DNA of 61,964 nucleotides from Coriobacteriaceae bacterium (lineage in GTDB: Bacteria; Bacillota_I; Bacilli_A; RFN20; CAG-826): assembly GCA_963612925.1 (NCBI GenBank), contig CAVDXG010000001.1, forward strand, positions 69,824 through 131,787. The letters run 5' to 3'. The notes below the pieces were generated by a model. The model did no database searches. It saw only the letters and a list, made by a program, of their open reading frames with translations, and was not told where the DNA came from. Position 1 is the stretch's first letter; the number at the start of each line of letters is the position of its first letter. Below are positions 54,986 through 61,964 of the stretch, in pieces. The translations under genes were made by a program, and so were the position numbers.

Positions 54986-55015
54986 GCAAAAAGAAAAACC
55001 ACCAAAGGTGGTTTC
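54986..55015 (-). terminator. rpsO terminator / rpsO-pnp intergenic hairpin
   Basis: Minus strand: AAACCACC-TTT-GGTGGTTT followed by TTCTTTTT. A TGT-TAAAAT extended -10 and an AAGGAG SD for pnp follow. Confidence 0.7.
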
Positions 55016-55031
55016 GATTTCTTTTGAATTA

Positions 55032-55301
55032 TTATTTTCGAATTTCTAGACTCGTCAATAATTTGACATAAGCATCGCGATCGGTGCGATTTAGATAATC
55101 GAGCAATCCACGGCGTTTGCCAACTAAGACAAATAGTCCACGGCGACCAGAAGCATCTTTCTTGTTAGCTTTTAAGTGCTTGGTCAAATCATTAATTTGA
55201 GCGGTCAAAAGGGCAATTTGAACTTCTACTGAACCAGTATCTTTTTCATTCTTGCCATATTTTTTGACAATCGAATTGATTTCGTCTTTTGTTAAAGCCA
55301 T
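55032..55301 (-). CDS. rpsO: 30S ribosomal protein S15
   Basis: 89 aa. GS.EVQIALLT..I..L..HLK..KKD..SRRGL conserved core. Confidence 0.95.
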   Translation of the reverse strand: MALTKDEINSIVKKYGKNEKDTGSVEVQIALLTAQINDLTKHLKANKKDASGRRGLFVLVGKRRGLLDYLNRTDRDAYVKLLTSLEIRK

Positions 55302-55382
55302 CTTTCTATCCTCCTATTTTCTTAGCCTATTCCTAGAGAAAGGTCGGATAATTCCTCTTTCCAAGAATAAGTCGCAAAGTCA

Positions 55383-55410
55383 ATTATAGTGATAAATTTC
55401 CTCGTTTCAA
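55383..55410 (-). promoter_or_regulatory. Predicted sigma-A promoter of rpsO
   Basis: Minus strand: TTGAAA (55405-55410), 16-nt spacer, TATAAT (55383-55388). An approximately 75-nt leader with an imperfect hairpin lies before the GGAGGA SD. Confidence 0.55.
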
Positions 55411-55420
55411 CCTAAAATTT

Positions 55421-57193
55421 TTAATGTTCTTCAAACTGAAGAAGGTAAAGATTGTAGTAATAGCCTTTCTTCTTGAGGAGTTCTTGATGATTTCCTCGCT
55501 CAACAATTGAGCCATTTTGTAGGCAGATTATCTGATCAGCTTTTTGAATAGTTGACAGTCGATGAGCGACGATTAGCATTGTTCCAATGCTTCGCATGTT
55601 CTCTAAAGAGTTTTGAATGAGCTGTTCAGTTTCGGTATCTATGTTTGCGGTAGCTTCATCTAGAATTAGAATTTTTGGCTCATGTAAAACAGTTCTAGCA
55701 AAGCTTAAAAGTTGTCTTTGCCCTTGCGAGAAATTTTCGCCTTTTTGAATAACTTCGCTATCTAGTCCTTTGTCTAGTTTGTTGATGAATTTATCGGCGT
55801 TAACATAAGTGCAAACTTTCATAATTTCTTCATCAGAATATTCATCATCTCTTAAGGTGATATTGCTTCTAATTGTTCCGGAAAATAGAAAGACATCTTG
55901 TAGCATTTGTCCGATGTTTTTACGAAGAGAATTTATCTTGATATTTTTGATATTTATTCCATCAATTAAAATCTCACCTTTTTGGATTTCATAATTTCGA
56001 ACTAGCAATGATAATATCGTCGTTTTGCCAGCTCCAGTCGCCCCGACGAAAGCACAGGTTGTTTTAGGCTCAATTGTGAAGGAGACATCGCGTAAAATCC
56101 AGTTTTCTTTCTCGTAGGCAAACCAGACATTTTTAAATTCAATTTTTCCAGCAAAACTATCGACATCAATTGCCTCTGGTGAGTCTAAAACCTGTGGTTT
56201 AACATCTAATAGATTGTATAGTCTTTCCGCGGCCGTCTTGGCGTTTTGAATTTGGTTTAAAGAATCACTTAAATTTTGAACAGGATTAAAGAATTTTCCA
56301 ATGCAGAAATAGAAGGCGGCAATCATGCCGGCGCTTAGATTAAAACTGATACCTGAGATGAATGTTAAAGCAATTGAACCATAATACATAAATGAAATAA
56401 AAGGTCGATATAGCGCAAACAAGGAAACTAGTTTAAATCGTTGCTTCCTTAAAATGGCGTTTTTAGAAGAAAATTCCTCACTTTTTCGCTTCTCTTGGTT
56501 GAAAATTTGAATTATTTTCATCCCCGATAAGTTTTCTGAGATAAAAGTGTTTAGATTGCTTATCATCTTTCGTTCTTTTCTAAATTCTTTGCCGATGAAG
56601 AAGCGGAAGAGGAAAGTGGCTGCGAAAATGATGGCGAGCACTACAAGCATCATCAATGATAATTGCCAGGAATAATAAAACATCAAGGCATAGACGACGA
56701 TTATCATGAAAATGTTTCTAAAGATGCTTGTTAAAGTATTTGTAAACAAATCACTCAAAGAGGAAGTGTAATTGGCAACTCTAGTGACAAGTGAACCAAC
56801 TGGCATTTCATTGAATTGATTTATCGACATATTTTCAATATGCGTGAACACTTCATTGCGAAGGCGATAGATGATTCTTTGACCGGTTTTTTGTAAAATC
56901 ATGCTTTCAAAATAGATGAAGGTTTGGCTCGATAAGGAAAGCAATAAGTTTCCTCCGGTTAAAGTTAGGATAAATGCTATTGTTATTTTAACTGTCTCTG
57001 CGCTATTTAAGGTATCCACGAATAATTGCATCAGCAAAACCATTCCTACATCGGTAACAGAACCTAAAATGATGAGGAAAAAGGCTAAAATGAAACTGAA
57101 TAGTTCCGGTTTTATATAACGCCATGTCCTTTTATATAGGACTGTGCTACTTAAGGCGTGATCACCGTGAAGGCGTAAAATTTCATCATCCAT
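55421..57193 (-). CDS. ABC exporter half-transporter (TMD-NBD), canonical Walker B, degenerate signature
   Basis: Six TM helices plus NBD. Walker A GATGAGKTT, signature FSQGQRQ, Walker B ILILDEATANID. Confidence 0.85.
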   Translation of the reverse strand: MDDEILRLHGDHALSSTVLYKRTWRYIKPELFSFILAFFLIILGSVTDVGMVLLMQLFVDTLNSAETVKITIAFILTLTGGNLLLSLSSQTFIYFESMILQKTGQRIIYRLRNEVFTHIENMSINQFNEMPVGSLVTRVANYTSSLSDLFTNTLTSIFRNIFMIIVVYALMFYYSWQLSLMMLVVLAIIFAATFLFRFFIGKEFRKERKMISNLNTFISENLSGMKIIQIFNQEKRKSEEFSSKNAILRKQRFKLVSLFALYRPFISFMYYGSIALTFISGISFNLSAGMIAAFYFCIGKFFNPVQNLSDSLNQIQNAKTAAERLYNLLDVKPQVLDSPEAIDVDSFAGKIEFKNVWFAYEKENWILRDVSFTIEPKTTCAFVGATGAGKTTILSLLVRNYEIQKGEILIDGINIKNIKINSLRKNIGQMLQDVFLFSGTIRSNITLRDDEYSDEEIMKVCTYVNADKFINKLDKGLDSEVIQKGENFSQGQRQLLSFARTVLHEPKILILDEATANIDTETEQLIQNSLENMRSIGTMLIVAHRLSTIQKADQIICLQNGSIVERGNHQELLKKKGYYYNLYLLQFEEH

Positions 57194-58994
57194 GGAATTT
57201 TTCCTCCACTAATTTTTCGAGTTCTTGCGAAGCGACCATCTTCTTATATTCTTCACAATTTTTAAACAAGTTTTCTGGACTATCAAAGCCTTTAACTTCG
57301 CCATCATCGAGCACTAAAATTTTATCGAAATGAGCGACTGTTGAAACGCGGGAAGCAATGACAATAGTCGTCATGTTTTTACGATTTTCATCGATATTTT
57401 TTAAGATTGTCTCCTCGGTAGAAACATCCACCGCACTCACGGAGTCATCCATAATCATGATCGGCGAATTTTTTAAATAGGCTCTAGCGATCGAGATGCG
57501 CTGCTTCTGCCCGCCAGAAAGGGTGACGCCTCGTTCGCCAGAAATCGTTTCATAGCCTTCGCTAAAGGCTTCGATATCTTTATCGACATTGGCAAATTTA
57601 GCGGCCTTTTTAATGGCGATATTTTCTAAATCTACATTGCTAAATGCAATGTTATTTTTAATTGAATCTGAGAAGAGAAAGTTGTCTTGAGGTACATAAG
57701 AAATTGCATCTCTAAGTGAATGTATATCAGCATCCATTATATCGATATCATCGATAAATACTTTTCCTTTTTCGATGTTATAAAGTCGCGTCAATATGTT
57801 TACAATGGTTGTCTTTCCGCAGCCAACTTTTCCAACGATACCAACCCGTTCGCCAGGAGAAATTTCAAAACTGACATTTTTTAAGGCGTCGAGATTGCCA
57901 TCGCTAAATCTAAAAGAGAAATCCTTAAAAGCAATTTTTCCTTTAACATCTTTTAAGACCACTGCATTTTCCGGACTTTTTACAGTCTCTTCAGCATCTA
58001 AAAAGCGACTAATTCGATTTAGCGAAGTTTTTGCTCTTGCTCGCATGCTGATAATTTGACCTAAGGCAATTAATGGCCAAATAATCGAATCAAAATAGCC
58101 ATAAAATTCAATGAGTTTACCGGGTGAAACATCGATAGCAAAAGAATTGTTAAAAATATTTAAAGTAAAACCATTGATTGTCAAATAGACTAGATAGCCT
58201 CCAAAGGCTAAGATAGCAAAAGTAATAATCGCCAGTAATACTTCGATAATGACGCTGAAAAAGACACTTATTTTAGCGAAGCGGATGTTGGTATCAGCGT
58301 TTTCTTTAGCGACTTTAGCAAAAGCACGAATTTCTTTTTGTTCTTTTACGAACGCTTTAATGACGCGAATGCCAGTGAAATTTTCTTCGCTGAAATCGTA
58401 GAGTTTATCATATGCCGCTTGTCTTTCATCCCATAATTTAGACATCGTTTTCTCAACTAATAAGCCCCAAATGACGATGAGAATTAAAGGTAGTAAAGTG
58501 ACAACTGTTAAGATTAAATTTAATCTAAACATCTTGATTAAAACTAAAATAGATAAGAAGATTGCATCGACTAGCATCACTGTTCCCCAAGAGAAATAGT
58601 CTTCGATTGTTTCAGTATCGCTAGTAAAATAAGCCATCACGGTTCCGACTTTATTTTGATGATAGAAATCTGTCGATAATCTTAAGGCTTTATCGAACAT
58701 TTCTTGTCGAATACTCGCTTCAATTCGCTTCGACGCGGAAAAGATAGTAAGCCGCCAAATTATGCGGCCAGCCATCATACCTAGGCCAATTAAAAGAATG
58801 TAAAGTGACATCCTTAAGACTTCATCGAATATTTCATTTGCTACATAGCCTTCAGTAACTAAATCAACGATGTTGCCTAAATATTCCGGGATGAACAAAG
58901 AGATATAATCAACAAAAATTAAAGCTGCCACACCTAAAAGAAATAAGTGCCAGTATTTAAAATAGTATTTGTTGATATGTTTCCCTAAAAGCAT
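57186..58994 (-). CDS. ABC exporter half-transporter (TMD-NBD), canonical signature, non-canonical catalytic residue
   Basis: Walker A GKVGCGKTT, signature LSGGQKQR, Walker B IMIMDDSVSAVD (Asp replaces the catalytic Glu). 8-nt overlap with the partner gene. Confidence 0.85.
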   Translation of the reverse strand: MLLGKHINKYYFKYWHLFLLGVAALIFVDYISLFIPEYLGNIVDLVTEGYVANEIFDEVLRMSLYILLIGLGMMAGRIIWRLTIFSASKRIEASIRQEMFDKALRLSTDFYHQNKVGTVMAYFTSDTETIEDYFSWGTVMLVDAIFLSILVLIKMFRLNLILTVVTLLPLILIVIWGLLVEKTMSKLWDERQAAYDKLYDFSEENFTGIRVIKAFVKEQKEIRAFAKVAKENADTNIRFAKISVFFSVIIEVLLAIITFAILAFGGYLVYLTINGFTLNIFNNSFAIDVSPGKLIEFYGYFDSIIWPLIALGQIISMRARAKTSLNRISRFLDAEETVKSPENAVVLKDVKGKIAFKDFSFRFSDGNLDALKNVSFEISPGERVGIVGKVGCGKTTIVNILTRLYNIEKGKVFIDDIDIMDADIHSLRDAISYVPQDNFLFSDSIKNNIAFSNVDLENIAIKKAAKFANVDKDIEAFSEGYETISGERGVTLSGGQKQRISIARAYLKNSPIMIMDDSVSAVDVSTEETILKNIDENRKNMTTIVIASRVSTVAHFDKILVLDDGEVKGFDSPENLFKNCEEYKKMVASQELEKLVEEKFHG

Positions 58995-58999
58995 ACAAA

Positions 59000-59022
59000 T
59001 AAAAAACTTTCATAAGAAAGTC
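59000..59022 (-). terminator. Hairpin plus T-run after ribF (terminator or attenuator immediately upstream of the ABC exporter ATG)
   Basis: Minus strand: ACTTTC-TTAT-GAAAGT then TTTTTTATTT, ending only about 5 nt before ATG 58994. A TATAAT (59034-59039, minus) lies upstream of the hairpin. Confidence 0.55.
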
Positions 59023-59058
59023 TATACTAGTCGATTATAAAAGTTAAGAGGTATCTAA

Positions 59059-59967
59059 TTATTTAGATAAGGAAGATACATCCTTTGTTATTTGCTTTAT
59101 TAGTTCATCTAGCGAGTTGAATTTGATTTCTGGCCGCAAGAAATCGAGGAATTCTACGCTTAGATTTTTACCATATATTTCTTCATCGAAATTAGGAATA
59201 TGAACTTCGATAATTGGCTCATTTATTTTCTCAATTGACGGATGAACCCCAACATTAGCAACCGCTAAATGAGGGACGCCATCAAGATAGGCAATTACTT
59301 TATAGACGCCGAATTTAGGAATGACATAATTTGTGTTGAGTTTTAGATTTGCGGTTTTGAAACCGAACTTTTCGCCGTTATGCAAACCTTCTTTTACGCT
59401 TCCTGAAACTAAATAATTTTGTCCTAAAAGTAGATTAGCTTTTTTAACTTCCCCATTTTTTAATAGAGCAATGATTTCTTGACTAGAAATCTTGTGTCCA
59501 CCACTTTTTAATAAAGGCATTTCATAGATTTTAAAATATTGCTTCAAAAAAGTGTTGTTACCTTCTTTATTTTTGCCGAAAGTATAATCTTCACCATCGT
59601 AAATCTCTTGGACATTTAATTTATGTAAAATATCGATGAAATCGTATTTTGTTAGATTTATAAACTCGGGATTAACATGCAAAATGTAATAATAATCCAC
59701 GCCAAGTCGGTCGATTATTCTAAAGCGATCGTCAAGCGAAGTTAACACTTCTTTTGATTTATTGTTGTTTAATAAGGTTGATAATGGTCTATCGAAAGTG
59801 AGCAAAGCGACTTTATAGTTAGAACAAGTTACCGCTTTTTTAATGATTTCTTTATGAGCTAGATGAACTCCATCAAAATAGCCTAAACAAATAGCGATTT
59901 TATCGCTAGGAACTTCTAATTTATCTAGATATAGTTGATATGTTTTCATCTTAAGCCTCTTAGACAA
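59059..59967 (-). CDS. ribF: Bifunctional riboflavin kinase / FMN adenylyltransferase
   Basis: GYFDGVHLAH motif and C-terminal riboflavin kinase domain (E.HI..F....YG). The start could be ATG 59949. Confidence 0.9.
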   Translation of the reverse strand: MSKRLKMKTYQLYLDKLEVPSDKIAICLGYFDGVHLAHKEIIKKAVTCSNYKVALLTFDRPLSTLLNNNKSKEVLTSLDDRFRIIDRLGVDYYYILHVNPEFINLTKYDFIDILHKLNVQEIYDGEDYTFGKNKEGNNTFLKQYFKIYEMPLLKSGGHKISSQEIIALLKNGEVKKANLLLGQNYLVSGSVKEGLHNGEKFGFKTANLKLNTNYVIPKFGVYKVIAYLDGVPHLAVANVGVHPSIEKINEPIIEVHIPNFDEEIYGKNLSVEFLDFLRPEIKFNSLDELIKQITKDVSSLSK

Positions 59968-60794
59968 GTGTAATATCCATCTTCTTTTTTATACATTGCG
60001 ATAAGACCGTCATTATCTTTTAAAAGAAGATATTCATCATTATATGCTAATTTTAGCTTGACGCCATTTAGAGCTTTAAAAGATTCTTCTTTATTTAAAA
60101 GAACGCTTTTATATTTAGCAAGCATTTTCTCAATTGGTATCAGTTTTGAAATGTCTACTTCTTCACTCTTTATTGCATCTTTTAATGAGAATTTACCAAT
60201 AGATGTTCTCTCTAGTGAGACTAAATGGCCAACACAATTTAATTTTTTGGCGATGTCTTCGCCTAATGTTCGTAAATATGTTCCTTTTGAAACTCTAGCT
60301 AGAAAGGTGATTGAGTCATTTTCATAATTCAATAATCTAATATCATAGATATTTATTTTTCTAGTCTTTCTTTCGATGGTTTGACCAATTCGCACGTAGT
60401 CATAATAATGCTTTCCATTATGTTTAAGGGCGCTAAACATCGGAGGTAATTGCTCTTGTTCTCCTAAAAATGAATTAAGAACTTTAACAATTAGTTGTTT
60501 ATCTAATAAGGGAACCTCTTTAGTTTCGATGACATTTCCAGTTAAATCTCCGCTATCGGTGGCTTCTCCTAATTTAAGTTTAGCTACATATGTTTTATCT
60601 TCCCCTTCTAAGAAAGGAGAAATCTTGGTCGCTTTATTGACTAGCACAATTAATAAACCACTTGCAAAAGGATCGAGTGTTCCGATATGACCACATTTTT
60701 TAATCTTTAAGGCTTTTGAAACGCGATTTACTTCATCGCGAGAAGTTAATCCGACCTTTTTGTTTATTAATAAACAGCCTGAGATTTCATTCAT
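59946..60794 (-). CDS. truB: tRNA pseudouridine(55) synthase
   Basis: G.LLI.K..G.TS...V......K..K.GH.GTLDP.ASGLL with the catalytic Asp. truB-ribF pair. Confidence 0.9.
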   Translation of the reverse strand: MNEISGCLLINKKVGLTSRDEVNRVSKALKIKKCGHIGTLDPFASGLLIVLVNKATKISPFLEGEDKTYVAKLKLGEATDSGDLTGNVIETKEVPLLDKQLIVKVLNSFLGEQEQLPPMFSALKHNGKHYYDYVRIGQTIERKTRKINIYDIRLLNYENDSITFLARVSKGTYLRTLGEDIAKKLNCVGHLVSLERTSIGKFSLKDAIKSEEVDISKLIPIEKMLAKYKSVLLNKEESFKALNGVKLKLAYNDEYLLLKDNDGLIAMYKKEDGYYTCLRGLR

Positions 60795-60821
60795 ATTTAA
60801 ATCATCTTATAATATATTTCC

Positions 60822-61880
60822 ATGAAAGCAATAAAAACAATTTTAGGACTCATCCGTCAAGCTGATCAAACATATAATCTCTTCAGCGAAAACGACCGCA
60901 TCATGATTGGTGTTTCTGGCGGAAAAGATTCGATGGCATTGGCTTACGCTCTTAATATTTATCGGAAATTTAATTTCGTAAATTTTAAAATTGTTCCGGC
61001 AATCTTAGATTTAGGATTTCCTGATTTTGATGCTTTTAAAATGAAAGAATATTTTGCATCAATAAATCTTGATTTAAAAATCATCGATGCAAAGGATGTT
61101 TATCCGATCTTAAAAGCCCAACAGAAAGAAGGCAAATCTCTTCCATGTTCAATATGTTCTAGGATGAAAAAAGCGGCGATAAATAAAGCAGCAAAACAAT
61201 ATCACTGCAACAAAGTCGCCTTTGCTCATCATGCTGATGATGCGATTGAAACTTTGCTTTTAAATCAAATCTATGGAGCTCGCATCGCCACATTTCAGCC
61301 AAAAATGCATTTACAGAGGTCAAATATCGATTTCATTCGTCCTTTAATTCATGTTCGTGAATCAGATATCATCCGCTTTGTTAAAGAAGAAAGCATTCCA
61401 GTATTTTCTTCTCATTGTCCAAATGATGGCGTAACTAAAAGGGCGGATATCAAAGAATTATTAAATGGCTTATATGAGAAATATCCATCGAGCAAAGATA
61501 ATTTCTTAACGATGCTATCAAATTATCAAAAAGAACAACTTTTCTATAAAGATATTTCTTATAAGATTGAAAGAACTCCTATCTCATTTAAACCGGTTAT
61601 ATCAGCGAATGATGCTTATGTTGAAAATGAGCTAATTAATAAAATAAAAACGAAGAAAATCAACTTAAAAAGCAATCGCTTTATCATCTTTTTTAGCAAA
61701 AAACCGATAGGCGTATTCTCTTTTGTTAGAATCGCTAAAAATGAAGTTGATATCGTTAATCTTGCCCTTTTAAAGGAATATAGAAAAGAATATTTTGAAT
61801 TCTTAATAGAGAATATTAAAAAAGACTTTGAAAGAAGAATCTTCCCATTGCATCTAACTTTTAAAGGTAAATCTCTTTAA
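60822..61880 (+). CDS. TtcA/TilS-like PP-loop ATPase (tRNA thiolation family) with extra C-terminal domain
   Basis: PP-loop SGGKDS. Cys triad CSIC...HCP, as in Fe-S dependent TtcA. Roughly 110 additional C-terminal residues of unrecognised origin. Confidence 0.75.
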   Translation: MKAIKTILGLIRQADQTYNLFSENDRIMIGVSGGKDSMALAYALNIYRKFNFVNFKIVPAILDLGFPDFDAFKMKEYFASINLDLKIIDAKDVYPILKAQQKEGKSLPCSICSRMKKAAINKAAKQYHCNKVAFAHHADDAIETLLLNQIYGARIATFQPKMHLQRSNIDFIRPLIHVRESDIIRFVKEESIPVFSSHCPNDGVTKRADIKELLNGLYEKYPSSKDNFLTMLSNYQKEQLFYKDISYKIERTPISFKPVISANDAYVENELINKIKTKKINLKSNRFIIFFSKKPIGVFSFVRIAKNEVDIVNLALLKEYRKEYFEFLIENIKKDFERRIFPLHLTFKGKSL

Positions 61881-61902
61881 ATTTTTTTAGACAAATTAAA
61901 AA

Positions 61903-61950
61903 CTAGACCAGCTTTTTTAGTTTGGGGAAACCTTTCTGGTCTAGCTTTTA
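61903..61950 (+). terminator. Possible terminator (9-bp inverted repeat with large loop)
   Basis: CTAGACCAG (61903-61911) and CTGGTCTAG (61936-61944) followed by CTTTTA. The 24-nt loop is unusually large. Lies at the window edge. Confidence 0.35.
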
Positions 61951-61964
61951 TGAGCATGTGGATA

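Noticed and set aside
54792-55049. Tracked 85-aa + strand ORF across the pnp start and rpsO-pnp intergenic region.
   Set aside because: It runs antisense to the pnp 5' end, its SD and promoter, and the rpsO terminator hairpin. No independent signals support it.
55302-55382. rpsO 5' UTR as an S15 autoregulatory leader.
   Set aside because: Only an imperfect hairpin (GAAAG...CTTTC with a bulge) is visible. I cannot match it to a known S15 leader fold by eye, so it is not listed as a separate feature.
1995-60327. About 45 short tracked ORFs (60-125 aa) lying antisense or out of frame inside long conserved genes. Examples: 1995-2180, 2749-2985, 6188-6406, 8788-8991, 10895-11122, 15685-15975, 17315-17626, 20366-20743, 36186-36527, 39898-40203, 50422-50709, 53056-53334, 57796-58059, 60058-60327.
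   Set aside because: Each is fully nested within a CDS that has unambiguous family motifs on the other strand or frame. They have no SD and low-complexity, Leu/Ser/Phe-rich translations typical of antisense reading of AT-rich genes.
61903-61944. 9-bp inverted repeat at the window edge as a terminal inverted repeat of a mobile element.
   Set aside because: The two arms are only 24 nt apart, with no coding capacity between them. The position after the ttcA-like stop and the following T-rich run fit a terminator better, although not a strong one. The downstream context is outside the window.

Overview
Low-GC chromosomal core region of a Firmicutes/Mollicutes-type bacterium. It uses the standard genetic code: TGA acts as a stop (radC ends in TGA) and no conserved gene is broken by TGA. 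The window holds about 60 tightly packed CDS, almost all housekeeping. Left to right they are: parC-like 3' end, yqeG-yqeH-nadD/yqeK-rsfS; an ABC importer remnant with deoB; xerD-dinB; dxs-xseBA-nusB-asp23-tkt; aspS-hisS-relA; recJ-secDF-ruvBA; nadE, obg; rpmA-prp-rplU; radC, greA; ruvX-alaS with a T-box leader; mnmA-dtd-pdp; plsC-pullulanase-acpS-ftsK-RNase J-like; a three-gene FAD/glycerol-3-P dehydrogenase-like set; pnp-rpsO; two ABC exporter half-transporters; ribF-truB; and a TtcA-like PP-loop ATPase. Gene order follows several Bacillus subtilis blocks (as I recall them), but cell-wall and cell-shape genes are absent at the junctions. I saw no rRNA, tRNA, CRISPR array, IS element or prophage. 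I also found no convincing novel multi-gene system such as a defence island or toxin-antitoxin pair, so this looks like an ordinary core region. The points most worth a second look are these. (1) A 28-bp dif-like Xer site at 4255-4282, in the largest non-coding gap, about 0.65 kb from the point where gene orientation switches from + to -; xerD, ftsK and a parC-like gene are also in the window, so this is probably the replication terminus. (2) An exact 15-nt copy of the dif right arm abutting the predicted promoter of the dinB-xerD unit. (3) An RNase J homologue that has lost every metal-binding histidine. (4) A YqeH GTPase with substituted G1 and G3 motifs. (5) An untracked 58-aa membrane protein gene with a strong SD, translationally coupled to radC. 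(6) A recurring leaderless-type promoter/ATG geometry. All functional calls rest on motif recognition and remembered homology; no searches were run.
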